64,000 nt of DNA from Entomortierella parvispora E1425 (taxonomy: Eukaryota > Fungi > Mortierellomycota). Each line of letters begins with the position of its first letter. The stretch's first letter is position 1. A model generated the notes under the pieces. It saw only the letters and a list, made by a program, of their open reading frames with translations, made no database searches and was not told the DNA's origin. Position numbers and translations under genes: made by a program. The stretch lies in assembly GCA_020891255.1 (NCBI GenBank), contig BQFW01000008.1:2914001-2978000 (forward strand). Direction: 5' to 3'. Shown here one piece after another: positions 57,901 through 64,000 of the stretch.

Positions 57901-60236
57901 GTGATATAGTCCTTGATCTGGTCAGGCCTGAAGGGGACGATGGCAGCTTCCGAGAAGAGATCGGCCGCAAATCGAGAGAGGTTATTAATGGCGTCCTGCT
58001 GGGGTGCAAAATAGGATCGATACCCTGGAGTAAGGTACTGAGTGCGGCAGGAGATAACCATCTTTGTCTTCCATTGATTCGGCCTGTTGAACTGATTGTT
58101 GGTGTGGAGATTTGACCGGCTTTGACTTTCATCGTACCCATCGCAAATTAAAATGAACTCTCGAGAACGCAACTTTTCCACATGGGAGTCCGAAAACAGG
58201 TTGAGGCGGTCAAGGTGCTGCCGAATCAAGTCCTGGTCTAAACGATGGACAGTCTTAAGGTCGATGAAGAGCGGGATCGGATCACCCGCTTGATAGGTAT
58301 CCCACAGATCATACTCCAGTCTCATGTTGAAGGTCGATTTTCCAGCACCCGAGTCACCGAGGATTAGCATGACTAATCCTTTGCCCTTTAAAAATTGATT
58401 CACGCGTCCATGCAATGGCTGGAGGTCCTCATCTGAGGCCTGCAAGCTCGACTTTGACATTGGAGGAATGTAGACAGCATGCCGGCCATATGCCTCTCGT
58501 CTTTGACATCGTAGGCGGTCGAGGACGAGCTCCAAGCTTGGTGTGATGTCGAGCTCTTCCAGCAGAGAAGACATTGTTGAGAAGCTCCGGTACATCGTCG
58601 GTGGACGGGGACGTGGACGTGGGGATGTTTTCTCATCGCCTTCAGCTCTAAACTCAAAGGACAACATGGAAGCCAGCTGCATGATATTGTCATTGTCTGG
58701 GTTGGTTGACTGATCAGTCATTTGGAGCCCTGAGATGTTGTGGAGGAGTGTCAAAATCCATATGCGGACCTCGCGATGGTGGTTGGACCCTGAGCTGCTC
58801 CTAAACATCTCACCAAGTAGCTTGACAGCTTGCTCACGTGTGGTCTTGTCCCATGATGAATCGGCAGCCAGCTCACCGAGGATCTGACAGACACCCCATT
58901 GGAAATAAGGATCATAACGGCAACTGACCTCGCAGATTAAACGATTGAAATCCACAAGATGTCCTTTGTCCACCATCTCCTGAGCTTCACGAACATATTC
59001 AAACCAGGGGTTCTTGTCTCCAGATCCGAAATATTTCCTGAGATTCTCCATGAGTTCTCGTCCACTCTTGATCACAACAGGAATACCCTCAGGCACATCT
59101 CCAAAGTCCAATTTGATGGCTCCAGACACCTTCATCAGACCGCCAGCCAAGCCGATAGAGTTGCGGGTAAAGCTTTGTCGTAACGTTTCGTCGCTAGGGA
59201 CTAGCTGTAGGGCTCGGTATGCGTACTCGACATGGTATCGTACTTGTGGATCTCTGTGCTTCCTGAGTTTTGACAAAATCTCGAGTAAAGGTTCATGCTC
59301 CTCTTTGCGATTCAGGTCCTTCACTTCACAGTCCACCATGATCACCAGTATTTTGGAGATGGCAACTGTGAGATGGACGGTATACTCTGACTCTTGCTGA
59401 GCGGGATCCTGTAAATGGAGGCGAATGGTCCAAAGAGTCTTGGTGAGGTCATCGGCATGAAGATAGAATGGGGGAGACAGCTCGACCAATCTCACCAGCC
59501 CCTGAAGAATGTTGGTATTGAGGGCCATATCTCTTCTAAGTTCGTTGAGAAAGCGATTGAGAAGGCTCCGATAGTGCTCTTTGTCTAGGACAGGTCCAAG
59601 GAGGACGATGTCGTGAATGGCATCCGACGTTTTGTTGGGAAGGGCGGAAAATCTGTCGACCATCCTATTCACTAGTTGTTGGATATACTCCTTCTCCAGA
59701 GGACGGTCTTTCATCTCCTCCATCCATTTCAGCTGAGAAGGAGTGAGACCGCTCAAACCGGTGTCTATGTTGCTCAAGGACGAATCCTGTCTTATGGTGG
59801 TAGTCCATGTAAGGAGCTCGGCACAAGCAACCAGCTGTTGTATTACTTCGATGCGTTTTCCGACTTTTGGCAAGAGGACTTCCTGTTTGGTCTTTGTGGC
59901 ATCCTTTGAAAAGGCATCTGACGGCACCGACGCCATGTTTTGAAAAGTGAGAGTCGAAGATTCTGGACTCTCTACAAGTTCAGAAGAAGAGCCACAGGCC
60001 ATCACCATTGACTTCGAACGGTGTAGAGATTGTGATGACAAGGAGCTGCCAGTTTGAGAAGAGCCAAGTACAGCTTGTGGAGACCCTATTGAAACGGACA
60101 GGTTACCGAGTTTTCGGAAGGTGGCCGACAGCAGTCCATCTGTGTGTTGATCTTTGCTAGAGCCAGATGTGCTTTTCTCCTTCACGTGGGATTTTACTGG
60201 CGTTGGTGACCTTGGTGAGGAAGGTGTCTTCGTCAT
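54936..60236 (-). CDS. NLR-like STAND protein: Arm-like helical N-terminus, NACHT, pentapeptide repeats, 14 WD40 repeats; 1766 aa, intronless
   Basis: Walker A LILGDSGAGKSTF, Walker B FILICDGYDE, KMVISCRTQYL, pentapeptide FTGADLKGIRIPGADLSGGDFDSAQLQGSDMS, and repeats of GHT..V.SVAYSP.G.QIASGS.D.TVRLWD. Confidence 0.95.
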   Translation of the reverse strand: MTKTPSSPRSPTPVKSHVKEKSTSGSSKDQHTDGLLSATFRKLGNLSVSIGSPQAVLGSSQTGSSLSSQSLHRSKSMVMACGSSSELVESPESSTLTFQNMASVPSDAFSKDATKTKQEVLLPKVGKRIEVIQQLVACAELLTWTTTIRQDSSLSNIDTGLSGLTPSQLKWMEEMKDRPLEKEYIQQLVNRMVDRFSALPNKTSDAIHDIVLLGPVLDKEHYRSLLNRFLNELRRDMALNTNILQGLVRLVELSPPFYLHADDLTKTLWTIRLHLQDPAQQESEYTVHLTVAISKILVIMVDCEVKDLNRKEEHEPLLEILSKLRKHRDPQVRYHVEYAYRALQLVPSDETLRQSFTRNSIGLAGGLMKVSGAIKLDFGDVPEGIPVVIKSGRELMENLRKYFGSGDKNPWFEYVREAQEMVDKGHLVDFNRLICEVSCRYDPYFQWGVCQILGELAADSSWDKTTREQAVKLLGEMFRSSSGSNHHREVRIWILTLLHNISGLQMTDQSTNPDNDNIMQLASMLSFEFRAEGDEKTSPRPRPRPPTMYRSFSTMSSLLEELDITPSLELVLDRLRCQRREAYGRHAVYIPPMSKSSLQASDEDLQPLHGRVNQFLKGKGLVMLILGDSGAGKSTFNMRLEYDLWDTYQAGDPIPLFIDLKTVHRLDQDLIRQHLDRLNLFSDSHVEKLRSREFILICDGYDESQSRSNLHTNNQFNRPNQWKTKMVISCRTQYLTPGYRSYFAPQQDAINNLSRFAADLFSEAAIVPFRPDQIKDYITQYTSPGAHSDKPRWTTERYMDRLERIAHIMDLIKNPFMLRMVLDILPELSLTTTQITRAELYDEFVDMHFDNELNRLMEQRSRGKMDSDRLAVFQEMEGPFIDLGINFSKGLAEAIFKQEKGVNSIEYWSDTDRRSWKRHFLGPEPKTQILMESSQLIRRARTPDPQTQTRSRSRIGGSRDTFRFSHLSILEYFYSLSFYDPREKLPQLSSTGSSAPSSCSTNILDHPLGQQSLVSEIAVLNFLSDRVKHRAEFKEYLHAIIQLSKIDISAGCAAANAITILVRAGERFTGADLKGIRIPGADLSGGDFDSAQLQGSDMSRTTLRNVWLRRADLSQSLMQGAVFGQYPYLEVEDFVMFCAFSPDGIWISVGLHNGTVALYNTLTWDRKIFEGHSSMIRGVAHSPDGKHIATSSLDRDVRIWDAYTGDLLVSLNGHTGSVFSVAYSPNGQQLASGGGDKTVRLWDTHKRVLTFTLRGHTDRVNAVAYSPSGKRIVSGSRDKTVRLWNALDGDPIACWHGHTDFVSSVAYSPNNLQIASASSDNTVRLWNTQTESPSFKLVHPDIVTFVAYSPSGQQIASGCRDKIVRLWDALTGTLIASLGGHTDFIISIAYSPNGQQIISSSWDQTVRFWDAQTGKPGCASSGHTGPVYSVTYSLNGQQIVSGGWDRTVRLWDVRTGALSSTLHGHTNRVQSVACSLNDHQIVSGSWDRTVRLWNAQTGELCSTMNGHTDDVVSVAYSPCSRQVASGSRDRTVRLWDVQTGLQSFILGGHIDDVTSVVYSPKGQCIASGSRDRTVRLWHAWTGEHGLIMSGHTDDVISVAYSPNGRQIASGSRDRTVRLWDPETGKHGFTLHGHTLDVDSVAYSPTGHQIATGSLDKTVRLWDVGSGQCLLMVNDFQERISSVAWRSTLDSIYLATGCEDRSVRSWQVVEGQDGPQLLLQWRSSSDTLVLSNAHIEGVQGLGKVNKRLLKQHQAVGQPAVDELADAS

Positions 60237-61385
60237 GTTCTAGATCCTCGACAGGTTGGAAAGGGGTGCATATCGGATCGATTAGGAGACATGTTGCCAT
60301 TTGTGTCTGTTGAGGCGACCTTTCTTACTTACCTTTGAGAGCCACTGCCTCTTGTTTCTTCTAGTTCAGAGACCGGGAGTTGGTTTTGATGGGCTTGTGA
60401 TAGGGTGCGGCTACCGTGCAACGGGCAATGAAAAACTAAGAGACACCCCCCTCTGTCTTAGCTATCACGCAAATCCAGCTGTGGGTGGGAATAGGGTGGA
60501 CTCTTCTCGGCGCACTCTCTGGTAGAAAAGAAGCCAGACAAGTCAGTACAACGGCGAGCATACTGCGGCAACCATTTTACTTTGCCATAGGCACTGCCTT
60601 TACCGATGAAAAATCAAAGAGTGTTGAGCCTGCAAATGAAATGAACTGGTGACAATGAGGATGCAATGGTACTGATGGCAGGATGGCAATGGCAATGACG
60701 AAATGGAAGAAGACGCGAAAACAAAGTCAGATGACAGGATGAGGGAAAAGACACAAAGGAAAAAAAGGAAAAGAAGAAAGTGTGTTTTGGCGTCCTTGTC
60801 CAGAGATTCCCGTTAGTTTGTTACACGGCAACCACAATGCCAAGAGAGACGTCCTCTTGAACACGACTCTCGAAGAAGAGGCATCGATGGGCGACCCGAG
60901 GATAGATGGGATGCCAACCTTCCCTTTGCACACGCGCGTACCACACACCTCTTGACTCCCTTGTCGCGTCGTGCCGTCGTGCCTGTGCGCGGGCAATAGC
61001 TGTGTTTCACCTGCTCTTGATCCTTGGACGCCCAAACACAACGATCTGTTCCTTCCCTCTCTGTGGATCCCTCCGCGGTTGACAAAACATACCTTTCCTT
61101 TCTTGCCTGTGCCCTGTGTCCAGGAGCATCCCTTGCCTCGTTCCACAATCATCCTGTTCATCTTCACTCTGTCCACCGTCATTTTTGTTCCTGGGAAAAA
61201 AGAAAAAAAAAGATTCCCGGAACAAAAGGTTCGCCCACTCAGTGGCTTGTTTCCCCCAAGAGCATCACGCGGACCTTTGCAAGAGCACTTTCCGTCCTTC
61301 TTTTTTCCCACATGTCTCTTCTCCCCTCAATCCAGCCTTCCTCTTTCCTCCACTGTCCGCTCTCTTCTTTGCATACCGTCGATTC

Positions 61386-62933
61386 ATGGACTTGCTGGAG
61401 ATACGCCTGGCCGTAGCCGTTCATCTGGATCTCTCGGACCTTGCCGTATGCGTGCAAGTCTGTCGGGAGTGGCACCGGACATTCGTTCCATTTCTGTATG
61501 AAGTTCTCATTTGCCATCCTCTTCCAATCTACAATCACTATATCCCCAGGGAGGAGTACTTTTTCGGCCAAGACTGCACCCCTGGCACCAGCTCGGACGA
61601 TGGGCCCAGTATCTACCTCACCGATAAGGCTTACCACGACGAGTTTGAGCGAGCCAAACCACCTCCTGCAGTATCATTGCTTCGGTACGGGACGCACGTT
61701 AGGGAGCTGGATCTTATCATGCCTGTTCCATCTCTTTATTCTCTTGCAGGATCGGCCAAGGAAATCAGGACGCTCAGCCTTCAAGCGCCAACAAAGGATG
61801 ATGAGGAATGGACTTCTTACTATCGGGAAGAGGTGGAACAACTCTTGGATCGGAACAATCATCTTCGCCATCTGGATCTGTCTTGTTTCGATGGATCGGC
61901 CACCTCAAGGCACCTTGACATCTTTAAGAAGAAAACCTCATGTCTGCTGCTGGAAGAGATTTGGTTGGAGGAGTCAGCGATCGATATTGTGAAACTGGTG
62001 GCTGTAATACAGGATTGTCCACGACTATCGAAGCTCTTTGTCATCAACTGTGTCCTTACCAGCGATGGAGACGAGGAACTATTCCCAGAGGGAGAATCTT
62101 TGTTTCCACGGATTGAGCAACTGGAGCTGGAGCACAACGTGGGCATCAGTTTGACAGGAGAGCTGAACTGGATCGTCCGCTGCCCCTCTCTACGGGAGCT
62201 TTCATGGAATCCCAAAAAGACAATGTGGTACGACGCCACGGTGGACATGTCACCCCTGCAGCAATGCCCAGATTTGTTTTCACTGACTCTTGGAATCGAC
62301 AGTCTGGAAGACAGAGACTTGGCGGGCGTTTTTGAAAACTGTTTGAATCTCACAGACCTCACGCTGATGGGTGGACGGATAGGGAATGAGGCGTTTGGCA
62401 GCTTGACGTATCGATTCCACAAGTTGACAAGTTTGAATATCTTTGAATGTTGTCTGGAGAGCTGGATGCATTGGCGTATCCTTCGATCTTGTTCTAGTCT
62501 TGTAGAGTTTTCAGGATGTGTCTTGGAGATGACCGGCATTATGGACGGCGATTGTATATCGGACTCGGATTCCTGGGCTTGCGAGCAAAGTCTCAGGAGA
62601 CTTGACCTCGAGTCAGTGATATGGTCCAAGGAGGATGCTTCAGGGAGCAACCGAATGATGAAACAACTGGGGACATTAAGTAGATTGGAGATATTGACGA
62701 TCAACTACGTACTGTTTGAGCGAAACGACAACTTCGTGAAGACCTCTCTTTTCGGAGAAGTTCAGGTCCCAGAGAACCTGCCCTGGAAAAATGGTCGTTT
62801 TGAAAGATGGGATCTGGAACAAGATGATGATATGAGGTGGATGACGGAAATGTGGCCCCATCTAGAGACGTTCACGTATGTGGGCAGTGGAGGTAGTCTC
62901 TGGCGGCCGCCCTCCAGTTCAGATCATTTGTAA
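61386..62933 (+). CDS. F-box/LRR (RNI-like) protein, 515 aa, intronless
   Basis: MDLLEIRLAVAVHLDLSDLAVCVQVCREWHRTFVPFLYE (F-box-like), followed by LRR-like units (LRHLDLSC, CPRLSKLFV, CPSLRELSW, LTSLNIFEC, LRRLDL). In-frame ATG at 61386. Confidence 0.85.
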   Translation: MDLLEIRLAVAVHLDLSDLAVCVQVCREWHRTFVPFLYEVLICHPLPIYNHYIPREEYFFGQDCTPGTSSDDGPSIYLTDKAYHDEFERAKPPPAVSLLRYGTHVRELDLIMPVPSLYSLAGSAKEIRTLSLQAPTKDDEEWTSYYREEVEQLLDRNNHLRHLDLSCFDGSATSRHLDIFKKKTSCLLLEEIWLEESAIDIVKLVAVIQDCPRLSKLFVINCVLTSDGDEELFPEGESLFPRIEQLELEHNVGISLTGELNWIVRCPSLRELSWNPKKTMWYDATVDMSPLQQCPDLFSLTLGIDSLEDRDLAGVFENCLNLTDLTLMGGRIGNEAFGSLTYRFHKLTSLNIFECCLESWMHWRILRSCSSLVEFSGCVLEMTGIMDGDCISDSDSWACEQSLRRLDLESVIWSKEDASGSNRMMKQLGTLSRLEILTINYVLFERNDNFVKTSLFGEVQVPENLPWKNGRFERWDLEQDDDMRWMTEMWPHLETFTYVGSGGSLWRPPSSSDHL

Positions 62934-63679
62934 AATAACGCTTCATTGTTTTTTTTTTCTTTTTTGAATGCTCTTTTGTTGTTTGGAGAGGTGTCTCCTT
63001 TGAGCGATGCACTCCCCGCATGCTACTGGTGCCCACAGATCCTGCGCGTATGAGTGCCTTCCCTCGCTCTCATTTTCCTTACACTGACAAAGATGGCTGT
63101 ACAAGAGTACAAGACAGAATGCATGTCGGTCTCAGTGCTGAATGCGGACAATGTCGTCTTGTTGATTTAGCTGATTTGCTTTTCTTCCTATGATGATCCA
63201 TTGAGATAAGTTTTCCAAATGGTCAATGCCGATCCAAGGTGGTGTAATGCAGAGTTAATACTCATGGTCTAACATCATGGTGTAAGGGCCCCATGGCATG
63301 ACAAGGTCGTATGATCGCAGTGTCGCAAGTTTGCATGGCCGCAATGGCGGAGTTCACGCTCCTGCGAAGAAAACAGAGTGAACATATCCAAAGGTCGGCT
63401 GCGTTGAATGTGAAGACTGTGTTGGTGGTGTCGCATGCGTTTGTGGGCAATGAGGGGCACTCTGAGTGTATGTCAGAAAGAGGTAGGCGAAAAGTCATCT
63501 CGGATGAGGTGAAGATGACATGTGGAAACTGGAATGAAGAAAAATATGAAAGTGAAAGGACCAACAAGAAGAGGAAAAGGACATGGAGGTGAAAGGAAGA
63601 GAGCACAAAAGACAGAAGAAAAGAAGGGGACACGTGCGGTGGAACATCAGTCCACGTGCAAGAGCCGTGTGAACCCAAA

Positions 63680-63792
63680 AGACCCTTTCCTGACGCGTCG
63701 CGAAAAGATCAAAGCGCTTTGACTTGACCGCCTTGACCTTGAACCCCTAATGTCAACCTGACAACCAAATTGGTCAAGACGTCAATTGACAG
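63680..63792 (+). promoter_or_regulatory. Module Y, copy C; downstream sequence to 64000 matches the leader of the gene at 48839
   Basis: GACGCGTCGCGAAA at 63692-63705, then TTGACTTGACC..TTGACC..TGTCAA..GGTCAAGACGTCAATTGAC. The following sequence (TGTTGTGGCTTAACTTG...CATTTCACCCTCATTGC) matches 48466-48620. Confidence 0.62.
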
Positions 63793-64000
63793 CGATACCT
63801 CCCTTGTTGCCACTGTTGTGGCTTAACTTGGTCGATTGTTGATTGCCATTGCATTCTCATTGCATCCTCATTTCACCCTCATTGCTCTCTGCATCCCACT
63901 GATTGAGTTTATTTTCTGCGTCTGTCCTTGTCAACCCAGAACGTCCTCGTTGCTTCACGACTTTCACGCCCCTCCTCGAGACCTTTGTTGCTCCTCGTTC

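Noticed and set aside
54936-60236. Bacterial or endosymbiont contamination as the source of the intronless NLR
   Set aside because: It is contiguous with intron-containing fungal genes and has decayed paralogs in the same window.
48839-62933. Both intact F-box-like ORFs are exactly 1548 bp
   Set aside because: The two proteins are highly divergent from each other, so equal length is treated as coincidence.
1-64000. Autonomous transposons, rRNA, canonical tRNA genes, CRISPR arrays
   Set aside because: No transposase, reverse transcriptase or integrase motifs, LTRs/TIRs with target-site duplications, rRNA signatures or canonical cloverleaves recognised by eye.

Overview
Eukaryotic, intron-rich (GT-AG) fungal genomic DNA. 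The gene families present (Arm-like/NACHT/pentapeptide/WD40 proteins, many F-box/LRR-like paralogs, single-pass ectodomain proteins) suggest Mortierellaceae (Mucoromycota); this assignment is an inference. Conserved housekeeping genes (malic enzyme, RCE1, a prenylcysteine-methylesterase-like hydrolase, a CYP450, a HAD phosphatase, SNX3, APT1, KIN17, PRP31, an SDR) alternate with a fast-evolving accessory compartment. That compartment holds a ricin-B lectin and its pseudogene, two intact and at least three decayed F-box/LRR-like genes, one intact NLR-like NACHT-WD40 gene and two relics, an IFI27/ISG12-like gene and a 135-aa orphan. The most notable signal is non-coding: three copies (23587-23691, 24047-24151, 45542-45668) of a 105-127 nt structured element with TATAAA 31-33 nt upstream, a 5'/3' closing helix, three internal hairpins and an oligo-T tract directly downstream. 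This is a candidate undescribed RNA polymerase III ncRNA family. A second recurrent element is a three-copy promoter module (GACGCGTCGCGAAA followed by a TTGAC/W-box-like cluster), one copy lying upstream of an F-box-like gene. All gene models were spliced and translated by eye; no database searches were run.
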